Source: a virus. Taken from it: a DNA stretch of 64,000 nt. The notes below the pieces were generated by a model, which did not search any database, had not been told where the DNA came from, and saw nothing but the letters and a program-made list of their open reading frames with translations. The stretch is from IMG/VR virus record IMGVR_UViG_3300042731_005302; one strand, given 5' to 3'. Of the stretch, positions 37,577 to 46,028 are shown piece after piece. The translations under genes were made by a program, and so were the position numbers. The stretch's first letter is position 1. Each line of letters opens with the position of its first letter.

Positions 37577-37587
37577 GGTTTTGGCTC

Positions 37588-38295
37588 TTAGGGCAGGGTC
37601 CAGCCTGTACCAATCTCGCCGTCCTGAATAGTGCCGGCGTTGATGCGATCCAGCAGGTTGAAGTAGCGGATTATGTTGGGATCGGCCGCTGACTGGAACC
37701 TTGTACTGGTATTGTCGTATACGGTTTGCATGTTGATGCCCTGCACATCGGTGGGCAGTGTTTGCCCGTCCACGATGCGGGACAGCAGGGACATCATAAT
37801 GGCCAGGTCACGAGTGAACTCATCCGTGGCGAAATGGGCACTGATCGATTCGGAGGCGACGTTGCGCAGGTTGATCTTGCGCTGATCGTTATTCAGGTCT
37901 ACCACCCGATGAACCTGCTGGAACGTATCCGTAGTTGTACACTCAGGGTCATAGCAGGTACTGACGTTCTGGCCACAAACCAAATAAGGCGACTCCACAC
38001 GGGAGAGATTGGAGTCGTAATCCGGGAAAGCCCCGGCACCTTGAACCTGGAGCATGGCGAAATTCGCCGGATACCCGGGGTCAATACCGCAAGGCTCCGT
38101 GTCACAATCGTAGGTATCTGGGTCCAGCGCTGGCCAAGAACGCAGACCGCCCACGGTGGAGCAGTCTGTGGTGTCGATCAGTTGCCACTGGGCTGTGTGA
38201 TCAACAGGGTAAGTCAAATCGGCACGCACCGAATAAGCAACAGACATCAAACCGACGCCCCAAAACAATGCCGCAACAATCATTTTCACGTTCAT
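37588..38295 (-). CDS. Cys-rich protein with Sec signal peptide
   Basis: MNVKMIVAALFWGVGLMSVAYSVRA/D. The predicted mature part contains 7 Cys. Confidence 0.55.
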   Translation of the reverse strand: MNVKMIVAALFWGVGLMSVAYSVRADLTYPVDHTAQWQLIDTTDCSTVGGLRSWPALDPDTYDCDTEPCGIDPGYPANFAMLQVQGAGAFPDYDSNLSRVESPYLVCGQNVSTCYDPECTTTDTFQQVHRVVDLNNDQRKINLRNVASESISAHFATDEFTRDLAIMMSLLSRIVDGQTLPTDVQGINMQTVYDNTSTRFQSAADPNIIRYFNLLDRINAGTIQDGEIGTGWTLP

Positions 38296-39026
38296 TAGTA
38301 ATGCCCCTGTAGAGTAATGACCAGACCTTTCTCTGTGCCCCCAGTAGAAACTTGATCAACTTGAGCACACAACTTAGAATCATTTGCAATTGAACCAGCG
38401 CTTACACTAGCTGTTCCGTCATCGACATTGGCGTTATACGCAATATCCAGCTTATTGGTCCCCATGATTGTAGTGCCATCATCATGTATATCGACAACCA
38501 GGGTTCCGCTTGTTCCTCCTTGCGTATTAACTGAGGCCGAAACGCTGGTTATAGTGAAGGCACCACTGGTCCAATAGAAACAAGCAAGATCATCAGTACC
38601 TGAAGAAATCTGGCTGACATCGTTGGTAATACGCCAGATGATTTCCTTGCCGATGTATTTCTTCAGTCTTGAAGCCGCCGACTTCCGGTTGGTCCCAGCG
38701 CCACCATCATCAACCAGAATCAGGTCCGCATCCGCCAGGTCTGCGCCGATATCGGTCCCGCCATCTAGGTTAATGTCGGCAATATCTCCGTCCCAACCGC
38801 CTCCAGGAAGGTCGCCGACATCGCACTTTCTCAGTTCGCCGGTAGAGGCCCAACAGACCAAGTAATCTCCTGCTGCAGGAGAAACTATCTCAGTCAAGTC
38901 TGTAACAGCAATCGACTCTGCAGGGCCTGTGCCCGCAGTGAGACGCCCCACAATGTCCCATTGGTCTACTGCAACCGCAGGAGCCGCTATAAGCAGGCTT
39001 AGAAGTACGGCGAATAGCCTCTTCAT
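38295..39026 (-). CDS. fibre-like protein with Sec-type signal peptide
   Basis: MKRLFAVLLSLLIAAPAVA/VD. ADADLILVDDGGAGTNRKSAASRLKKYI resembles motifs seen in phage fibre/structural proteins. Confidence 0.55.
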   Translation of the reverse strand: MKRLFAVLLSLLIAAPAVAVDQWDIVGRLTAGTGPAESIAVTDLTEIVSPAAGDYLVCWASTGELRKCDVGDLPGGGWDGDIADINLDGGTDIGADLADADLILVDDGGAGTNRKSAASRLKKYIGKEIIWRITNDVSQISSGTDDLACFYWTSGAFTITSVSASVNTQGGTSGTLVVDIHDDGTTIMGTNKLDIAYNANVDDGTASVSAGSIANDSKLCAQVDQVSTGGTEKGLVITLQGHY

Positions 39027-39028
39027 CG

Positions 39029-39427
39029 TTACACGTCCACTAGATTGTTGGTTATACTAACCCAATCGCCGTCTTTAAAGGCATAGTAATTGCCATCAGA
39101 TGCCGGAGGACTTATCAGGTCGTCCACTTTAACCGCATAGACGGTCAAGCCACTGGTGCCCAAGGTGCCGTGAGCAGCTTGTATAGAGACCCTGGTTAGT
39201 GTCCCGCCACTGGAAGACCAAGTCGCGTTCCACACCTCGAAATTACCTGAAGCATCAAGAGCAGCAATTACAACAGAATCGGTATCGTCAAAGTCAGTGT
39301 TAGCGTCCGCCGCAGCTTCAGCAAAGGTGCGCCCACGGGTCAGGGCAGTTCCGCTCAGGGTGATGACAGTGCCAGAGCGAGAACACGCTGATTCGCCAGC
39401 TAAATCTGGAGATTTAATGGTAGCCAT
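39029..39427 (-). CDS. small fibre protein with foldon-like C-terminus
   Basis: C-terminal PPASDGNYYAFKDGDWVSI compares with the T4 fibritin foldon [20 protein letters not shown]. Confidence 0.5.
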   Translation of the reverse strand: MATIKSPDLAGESACSRSGTVITLSGTALTRGRTFAEAAADANTDFDDTDSVVIAALDASGNFEVWNATWSSSGGTLTRVSIQAAHGTLGTSGLTVYAVKVDDLISPPASDGNYYAFKDGDWVSITNNLVDV

Positions 39428-39469
39428 GGGCCTATACTACTGTTTGTTGCTATCGATTAGTAGTTATCT

Positions 39470-40021
39470 TTATGGGATAACCAAGCCTGTAGCCGCCCCT
39501 AGCACGACCTTTCCCAGCAGGATGCCGGTGGTGGCCAACGCCTGGTAGGTAGCAGCATCAGGATTATCCACGTAGCTCTGAGAGGCCTTACCAAGTACTT
39601 TGAGGCGGGCATCAAGAATGGCCCAGGCCGTGCGGGATTGAATAGACAGGTCAGGCAGACGGCCTTGAATCAATGTGGCAGCCTCCTGGTAGACTTCTTT
39701 CCCGGTCAAGTCCCATTCTTGTACGTCGTCTATCTCAGGCATCACCCCCAAAGACAAAGCCACCTCGACCTGCGCAGCCAAAGACATGGCCTGTTCCTGC
39801 AACTGCTGAGCCATTTCCCATTCTCTGGTTGTGAACGCTGCCCGGTCCTCTTGCAGGGCCTCCCACAGCGTCATGCGGGCCTCATTGGCCCGTTCTACCT
39901 TGGCTTGGGCGGATGTAAGGGTCTCGACCGGGGGCATGGTCTTACAGCCCTGCAAAGATGCGACCACTAGGATCGTCAGGGAAGCGAGTATGGAGACTAA
40001 AATGTGTTTGTAATGAATCAT
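39470..40021 (-). CDS. lipoprotein with hydrophobic C-terminal tail (u-spanin-like architecture)
   Basis: MIHYKHILVSILASLTILVVASLQGC lipobox, a helical middle section, and C-terminal ALATTGILLGKVVLGAATGLVIP. Confidence 0.55.
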   Translation of the reverse strand: MIHYKHILVSILASLTILVVASLQGCKTMPPVETLTSAQAKVERANEARMTLWEALQEDRAAFTTREWEMAQQLQEQAMSLAAQVEVALSLGVMPEIDDVQEWDLTGKEVYQEAATLIQGRLPDLSIQSRTAWAILDARLKVLGKASQSYVDNPDAATYQALATTGILLGKVVLGAATGLVIP

Positions 40022-40176
40022 GATGGTTTCTCTTTATCCGTGTAAGTGTTTAATATCCGCTACGACGGCATCAAACTTATGCAATGCCGACGTGACTAAG
40101 AATTCTGAGCGCTTTCTCTGCTTGTCGGCCTTATTTGTACGCCTCTTAAAGGCCAACCAACATGACTTGAAGCAGC

Positions 40177-40383
40177 TTATTCTTTCCCGGTCCTCCCCAT
40201 CCGGTCCTTTATGATAAGCAAAACATCGGATACAGCGGAAAACCGCTCTAAAAAAGAGTTGAGCAGTGTTTCGTGGTGCTTTTTGTCGGCCAGCCGCTCC
40301 TGCCTGCAGAGAAGGAACATGCCGAGGCACACTGCCGCAAGAAGGTATCCTTTCGATACCAGGTACTCCAGTAATGCTTCCAT
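40177..40383 (-). CDS. possible small single-pass membrane protein
   Basis: 68 aa with YLLAAVCLGMFLLC and then a charged tail. The SD is weak. Confidence 0.35.
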   Translation of the reverse strand: MEALLEYLVSKGYLLAAVCLGMFLLCRQERLADKKHHETLLNSFLERFSAVSDVLLIIKDRMGRTGKE

Positions 40384-40470
40384 CGTGAGTAGATCTCATA
40401 CCAAGCCTCTGAAAATTTTACCTTAAGATTTCAAAGTTTTACATAAAAGAAGTTTGACTGATACAAATTG

Positions 40471-41934
40471 TCACACCCTCTTGCTTTGATCTCTTCCTCC
40501 AGAGGAAGTAGGCGTCTGACTAGACACCTGCCTCCCGTTCGGGTCGCCATTCGGACTCGGCAATTCGCTCATCCCTTTGCCCTGATAGAACATTGTGCCT
40601 GACAGTGGCGGAGCCCCTGCGGGCCTAGCTCCTGTTCCAAGTATAGAAGCGGCCTCATCATCGGTATAGAACCCAAGGCTCAGTAGCTCAAGCACTCGGT
40701 TCTGCTTGATGCTTTTATGGGCCTCAAGCTCGTTCTCCGGGCGCAAATCGATAGGATTGAACTTGAACTTTACATAGACATCAATTCCCAGCAGACGCAC
40801 CGCCAACGTCAGGGCTCGGCTGAGGACTTTCTCTACCGGCCCATGCAAGGCCGCTGCCACTTTGGAAAACAGCATGGATTCCGTAGACGCTACGTTTTGA
40901 GATCCGCCAAGCCGCAGCCCCAAAATAGAAGGATTTGCCTTCAAGGCGGAAGCTGTCAGACCAGACATGGCATCCAGCAGGTTCTTGTAGTCCGCCTTCT
41001 CTCCAACGGTCTCGATGGAATCCACTTGAGCCAGGTCATAAACCACCAGCGCATCTTCAGGCTGAAGGTTTTTCAGGACAGTCTCGATATCGCTGCGGAC
41101 AGATTCTAAGTATGTGGATAATTGGTCCGGGTTTTTATGAACCTTCGGGGGCGCAGACTGCACCACCTTCTGATAGTCCAGCTTGACGACGATGCGCGGC
41201 CCGCCTGTCTGCCGGACCACTCGGCGCATGTCTTCAATGAACTCGTCGTAGTGGAACAGCCGATGAAACCCGGAGATCAGAAAGGAAAGATTGTAGTTGA
41301 CATTGGCACTGCGCATGACCTCCCCTACCCATACGTTAGGCAGGTCCAGATCTACTTCTGCAGATTGCCCTGGCTCAGGCTTGAGTTTCTTCTGCGAAGG
41401 CCATCGCCGGCCCTTGCCGTCTGTCTTCCAGTTGATGGTGTCATAAGGAAACAACTGCAGCCTGTCAGGCATCTTATACTTATTCAGCACCAGCTCGCTT
41501 GAAACTCCACCTGTAAGGGCAGCCTCAAGCAAAGCCCGTTCTTTCAGTGTGCTGACATCCTCTTTGTCTGAAAACCCTTTGGTGTAGTCATATACCGTGT
41601 CCCACGAGGCCAAAATAGTTTCAGCCGCCCTCTGCCCTGCTACGCTGAACTGCTTAGTCCCAGTGTCGTAAGCCATGATGTAGTGGCCGGACATGGCCGT
41701 CTGCACCAACGACAATATAACAGAGCTGACCAGCCCGTCAGTATGGTACAACGTCCGTAGAGTGGCCGAGGGGTCAGTAATCTGGCGAACATCAGTGACT
41801 TGCCAGTTCGGATCGTATTGGTAGTCTTTCGGAAGCTGCTGATCTTTGATTCCTACTGCAGAAGGAACCTGGGACTGAACCTTATTGACCACTCTGCGCG
41901 GAAGGGTGACTACTGCATTTGCTGGGGCAGCCAT
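40471..41934 (-). CDS. portal protein
   Basis: 487 aa. Overlaps the terL stop. Assigned mainly from its canonical position after the large terminase. Confidence 0.65.
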   Translation of the reverse strand: MAAPANAVVTLPRRVVNKVQSQVPSAVGIKDQQLPKDYQYDPNWQVTDVRQITDPSATLRTLYHTDGLVSSVILSLVQTAMSGHYIMAYDTGTKQFSVAGQRAAETILASWDTVYDYTKGFSDKEDVSTLKERALLEAALTGGVSSELVLNKYKMPDRLQLFPYDTINWKTDGKGRRWPSQKKLKPEPGQSAEVDLDLPNVWVGEVMRSANVNYNLSFLISGFHRLFHYDEFIEDMRRVVRQTGGPRIVVKLDYQKVVQSAPPKVHKNPDQLSTYLESVRSDIETVLKNLQPEDALVVYDLAQVDSIETVGEKADYKNLLDAMSGLTASALKANPSILGLRLGGSQNVASTESMLFSKVAAALHGPVEKVLSRALTLAVRLLGIDVYVKFKFNPIDLRPENELEAHKSIKQNRVLELLSLGFYTDDEAASILGTGARPAGAPPLSGTMFYQGKGMSELPSPNGDPNGRQVSSQTPTSSGGRDQSKRV

Positions 41935-43712
41935 ATTTGACTCTCTTTATTGGGAGCAAACCCAGGCATTTTAGCCTTTGAAACGAAGGTGCCGTGCGGC
42001 AAAGCAGGCATGGCAGCGAACTGTCCTTCCATCATTTTAATCGCTGTGTACGCATATAACAAACTGAAGGCATAGTGGTCTTCTGTGTCAGACGAAACCC
42101 AGGCCTGTGTGGTCTCCCCTGTTGTCTCCGAAACTCTGTTTACACGCCTGAGTTTTTTCAGGTGAGTAATTAGAAGCTCAACCTCAGGATTGTCCTTCGG
42201 GAAAATAAACCTACCGGCATTAATGTCCTTAACCATGTCGGTAATCATCGCCGTCCGTGCAATGGTGATAATTTGCTCTACCTCGTTGAGTGAGTAATTT
42301 TCCAACCCCTTGATAGTTCTAGCAAAGTAAGCCGCCCACATCGTGTGATACCGGCTGCCCTGTATGAGCCTCCCCGGCACCGTCACGTCCGGCCCCCCGT
42401 CCACTATACCTTTATATACGCCGAACTGGTCTATTCGCTCCAGCGTCTCCTCCGACACCTTGTCTGTTCCGTCTCCGTTGATCTGCTGCCGTATCCGCTC
42501 CAGCCAATGGACCACGTACCTACCACCATGCTCGGACAGCACCGTCAAATGGCAGGTCTTGCCAACGTCCAGCCCCAACGCCGTACCAAGCATCCTCGAA
42601 GCGTCCGGCAGAGTCTGCAGACCTGACTTGGCCTTGTCCAGTGCGGCCTGCGCTACCGCCGCATCAGCCGGCAAGTGCGCATGGCCAAGCCCGAAGTTGA
42701 TCCAGTCGTCCGCCCGCTCATAGTTTTGAACCGCAGTGATAATCTTTTCGGTCGTATTGTATTTAGGAACGCAAAGTGGACTCACATAGAAGGTTTGAGT
42801 GGCCTTTTCCGGATATTTGGGCACCCAAGCCCTCAGAACAGGGTTCATCAAGTTCTCTCGCGTGACCTCGTTGCCGCAACAACGACATTTCACATACGAT
42901 TTGTCAGGCCGTACCCTGGGATCGTCCAATTCTGCCTTGGTCAGAGTGATCAGATCTCCGTCAAAACCAGGCAACACGATATCGACAATCGGGTCAACCT
43001 CCACCCACTGCCCACATTTCTCGTGGTAAACCATGTACACATTTTGACTTCCAGACTTATGCACCTTGTCTATCCCGTAATCAGGCAGAGTCGGAGTCGA
43101 AAAGTCCTGCAGAATCTCGGTCCCAGGCTCATTATGCGTCAATCGAGAAAGAAATGAGGTCAAAGCAGTTTGATTACAGAAATCTATTTCGTCCCGTATC
43201 ACCCCCCGACAAGGAACAGAAATCGCCTGCCCCGTCCGCTGCGCCCCGGTCAAGTACAGGAACGAATTCCCTATCCTTTTGAGCTTCGTACTGTCAACTT
43301 CCTTATGTTTCATTCGCTGCAACTGCGGTGAAGCCTCAATAGCCGGGTTGATTCTCGCGGTTGCAAACTGCCCCGCGTAAGTTGTTGTTTGTAAAGAATA
43401 AATCCAATGACTCCCGTCCAATAAAGTCATCAAGCCCAATATCTCCCGTGCCGACAACTCCGACACCCCGACCTGGGATGACTTTTTCACCCCAATATAG
43501 GGTGCCTCACAGATTAAAATTCCTAATTGATATTCGTGATCCTTGAAAGACCAGGGCAAACTCGGATCATGCGGACTCCTTAAATTCGCACACATCCATT
43601 CCGGCAGAGCCGCCCGCCCCGAGGTCCGATTCAAAGCCAGCCTCAGCCGCTCCAACCTCACCCGATAAGCCGGGTCCAGCTTCGGCGTGGTGTGAACCGC
43701 AGGGGCCGTCAT
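41910..43712 (-). CDS. terL: terminase large subunit (GpA-like)
   Basis: Walker A-like GVKKSSQVGVSE, Walker B-like VIRDEIDF, and CRCCGNEV Zn-finger as in lambda GpA-type terminases. 600 aa. Confidence 0.8.
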   Translation of the reverse strand: MTAPAVHTTPKLDPAYRVRLERLRLALNRTSGRAALPEWMCANLRSPHDPSLPWSFKDHEYQLGILICEAPYIGVKKSSQVGVSELSAREILGLMTLLDGSHWIYSLQTTTYAGQFATARINPAIEASPQLQRMKHKEVDSTKLKRIGNSFLYLTGAQRTGQAISVPCRGVIRDEIDFCNQTALTSFLSRLTHNEPGTEILQDFSTPTLPDYGIDKVHKSGSQNVYMVYHEKCGQWVEVDPIVDIVLPGFDGDLITLTKAELDDPRVRPDKSYVKCRCCGNEVTRENLMNPVLRAWVPKYPEKATQTFYVSPLCVPKYNTTEKIITAVQNYERADDWINFGLGHAHLPADAAVAQAALDKAKSGLQTLPDASRMLGTALGLDVGKTCHLTVLSEHGGRYVVHWLERIRQQINGDGTDKVSEETLERIDQFGVYKGIVDGGPDVTVPGRLIQGSRYHTMWAAYFARTIKGLENYSLNEVEQIITIARTAMITDMVKDINAGRFIFPKDNPEVELLITHLKKLRRVNRVSETTGETTQAWVSSDTEDHYAFSLLYAYTAIKMMEGQFAAMPALPHGTFVSKAKMPGFAPNKESQIWLPQQMQ

Positions 43713-43900
43713 GTGGCAGAGCCTGTGGCCACAATGTTGTAAATGCCATTTCGCCCCTGCTCCAGCTTAAACTTGTCCCCTGGCGAGGCCCCGGCCCTAA
43801 AAGCCAGCACCTCAGCCACCGCGTCGTCGGGCCAGCCCTCAGGCACTACAGCAAACCGTAATATCCCGTCTCCCCTGAACGTGTATTGAATGTACCTCAT
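43709..43900 (-). CDS. hypothetical protein
   Basis: 63-aa ORF coupled between flanking genes. Confidence 0.45.
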   Translation of the reverse strand: MRYIQYTFRGDGILRFAVVPEGWPDDAVAEVLAFRAGASPGDKFKLEQGRNGIYNIVATGSAT

Positions 43901-44307
43901 GACTGGTAACTCCGGGCTTGAGCCAGATGCAGCTCCAATGCCTGTAGAAACTGCTGCTGGTACTCTTCCGGCAGAGCCTGTGCCGCAGAGATAACCGCCA
44001 GCTCGAACTGCTTGTCTTCGTGCTCTTTGTGCATGCTGTTTCGAGCCTTGCGGATGGACTCGATAACCTGACGCGCCGCAGAGAGCGCCTTCTCCACCCG
44101 GATGGCGTCAATGCCGTACTTGATCTTGCCGTCCTTGGTGGACACCTCTGAGAGCAGGGCCTGGGCTACCAGTTGAGAGCGCTTGTGAAACTCTCCTTCC
44201 GTGTACAGGGTTCCGGCAGAGCCCGGCTTAGAGCCGCCGGCAGGGCCGTGATGGGCAGAGTAGCTCTCTTCTTCGGCTGCTGCTTGCATAGGGTCGTAGG
44301 GGGTCAT
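43897..44307 (-). CDS. hypothetical protein (small terminase candidate by position)
   Basis: First gene of the leftward operon. 136 aa and helical, located downstream of the 35-bp repeats. Confidence 0.35.
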   Translation of the reverse strand: MTPYDPMQAAAEEESYSAHHGPAGGSKPGSAGTLYTEGEFHKRSQLVAQALLSEVSTKDGKIKYGIDAIRVEKALSAARQVIESIRKARNSMHKEHEDKQFELAVISAAQALPEEYQQQFLQALELHLAQARSYQS

Positions 44308-44339
44308 GGCTGGTTCCTGCAGAGGAAAGGATTCCTTAT

Positions 44340-44368
44340 ATTAGAGATTTTATGGGGTTAGGAGTCAA
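44340..44368 (-). promoter_or_regulatory. candidate sigma70-type promoter for the leftward structural operon
   Basis: Minus strand reads TTGACT-N17-TCTAAT about 30 nt upstream of ATG 44307. Confidence 0.3.
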
Positions 44369-44415
44369 GTGGTGGTTTGTGGGAGTGGGTTTAAGGGCCG
44401 GGGAGTGGGAGGTAC

Positions 44416-44550
44416 TACTTAAGATGTCAGAAAAGGGGTTTGGTCTGTGTTACTTAAGATACTATAAGTGAAATTTGAGCTATACTACTTAAAGTACTAG
44501 AAGTGAAATTGGGGGCGTACTACTTAAAATACTAGAAGTGAAATTTGAGG
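44416..44550. repeat. four direct repeats with exact 35-bp period (tacttaaRatactaKaagtgaaattt)
   Basis: Copies start at 44416 (partial), 44451, 44486 and 44521. Confidence 0.85.
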
Positions 44551-45009
44551 ACGTGTTGAAGGGGGGCCTAGGGCGCACGCATTTATTTTCCCAGGAAAAA
44601 CAGGTGTAGGGGGTTAGCTATTGGGAATCGAGTGCCACCTACCGGCACTCAACTAATTTAATGACTAACCAGTAGTTAAACTAACGAAAATAAATTAGTT
44701 AATTTAATTACTAAATTAAGAGTGTAAAGAAACCTGACACCTGGACGGGAACTAAACGGGTAGTTTTGGCGTAAGTCATTGATAAATAAGGAAAAATTAA
44801 GTGTAAAATTTCCAACTGGATTTTAGGAATAAAGGGTTATATCTGTAAAGAATATTTTACACTTACAAGTTTAATTCATAGCTGAAATAGTAATTAGATT
44901 TGTGTAGTGTGTGTAAGTTATTGATTTTATTAAAGTTTTCAAACTTGGCCCATGGATTGCAACATAGGTTGCTCTTTTCGTTCTTTTACAGTGCCGCCGC
45001 TACTGTTGA

Positions 45010-45025
45010 GTGTGACATGTTACAC
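45010..45025 (+). promoter_or_regulatory. dyad motif M1 (degenerate GTGTGA-CATG-TTACAC)
   Basis: 88 nt upstream of ATG 45113. The change in the left arm is G:T-compatible. Confidence 0.5.
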
Positions 45026-45112
45026 CCAACAGCATACCTGAACAGGTAGGCAAACAACCGGTGGAACATAGCGGCATGTTCCACGTGAAACAAGTTGTAG
45101 GAGATTACTTTC

Positions 45113-45736
45113 ATGACTAAGAAACAGCGCACCTTCGAGCAAGCCATTTCCGATTTGAATAGCGCCATCAATGGCCATCGCAGGGGAGCGAAAATCCCGG
45201 AGCGTATCCGGGAATGCTTTTCCCTGTCTGCCGATAACGCTTCCTTTGTGGAAGCGTTTGGAGCGCTCATTGAGAAACAGTTCCGGGGCACAAAGGGAAC
45301 CGATCCGACGCGGGCCGCCTTACGTATGGCGCTCAAACGTGAGCGGGATGGAAACGGATATCAGCGAGATGGAGACCCGCAGCGCTGGAATATCAGCGTA
45401 GAATTCGATAAGAAAGGTAGTCCCAGCGTAGGGGTTACCATGCACAAAACCGCAGAGCCGGAACCGGAACAGGACGAAAACACGATCGAACCAGCCGCCT
45501 CCAATCCTGCCACTGCTGGAGCGGAAAGGGCCAGCGTGACGGAACTGGAGAAGGGAATCAAAAGCATGTCTGCCCCAGAGCTTTTGCAAGTGAGCCGAGA
45601 TCTGATTCACGCTATCGAGTCCATGGACGATTCAACCGAAGCGTTGAAGCTCATCCATGCCATCCGCAACAGTCTGACAGCTGCCGCTAAGACTGTTCGG
45701 GAACGTGCTTCCATGGTCGAAGCCAAAGCGGCGTAG
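45113..45736 (+). CDS. hypothetical early protein
   Basis: GTAGGAGA SD upstream. 207 aa. First rightward gene after the divergent control region. Confidence 0.6.
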   Translation: MTKKQRTFEQAISDLNSAINGHRRGAKIPERIRECFSLSADNASFVEAFGALIEKQFRGTKGTDPTRAALRMALKRERDGNGYQRDGDPQRWNISVEFDKKGSPSVGVTMHKTAEPEPEQDENTIEPAASNPATAGAERASVTELEKGIKSMSAPELLQVSRDLIHAIESMDDSTEALKLIHAIRNSLTAAAKTVRERASMVEAKAA

Positions 45737-45742
45737 CCCAAT

Positions 45743-45772
45743 GGGGCAGTACATCCTAGGATGTACTGCCCC
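45743..45772 (+). terminator. 30-bp perfect palindrome / strong hairpin after the first early gene
   Basis: ggggcagtacatcc-ta-ggatgtactgcccc. The T-tract is weak (aatctgtttg). Confidence 0.5.
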
Positions 45773-46012
45773 AATCTGTTTGCGATTAATCGTAAGCTGA
45801 TTAATCGTTTTGAGTGTACGCCTATGCGCGCACGCCTTGTGTGCGCTCACGTCAGCGTTTTGCGTACACTCCCTGGGGTTTTCGTAATCCCCAAACTGCT
45901 GGAGTCCGCCAGGGAAAACCGCCCATGGATTCCGATAGATTTAATTTATAGGGACTCTCACAAGTCTCTATAAATTAGATTTATAGCTGACCATTGTTGT
46001 GTCAGCGAGTAC

Positions 46013-46028
46013 GTGTAATAAGTTACAC
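46013..46028 (+). promoter_or_regulatory. dyad motif M2 (GTGTAA-TAAG-TTACAC)
   Basis: Flanked by complementary C...G. No ORF with an SD lies within the next 350 nt. Confidence 0.7.

Noticed and set aside
37726-38298. 190-aa plus-strand ORF.
   Set aside because: It is antisense to the signal-peptide protein gene 37588..38295, which is translationally coupled to its neighbours. It has no SD.
40034-40399. 121-aa minus-strand ORF between the lipoprotein and portal genes.
   Set aside because: It is highly basic with low-complexity composition and no SD. The overlapping 68-aa TMD ORF in another frame is more gene-like, though itself uncertain.
44416-44550. The 35-bp repeats considered as a CRISPR array.
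   Set aside because: The repeat units are contiguous with no unique spacers, there are only about 3.5 copies, no cas genes are present, and the location fits cosB, iteron or operator function better.
44986-45336. 116-aa minus-strand ORF overlapping the first early gene.
   Set aside because: The plus-strand gene 45113..45736 has a strong GTAGGAGA SD and a terminator. The minus ORF would run into the control region without translation signals.
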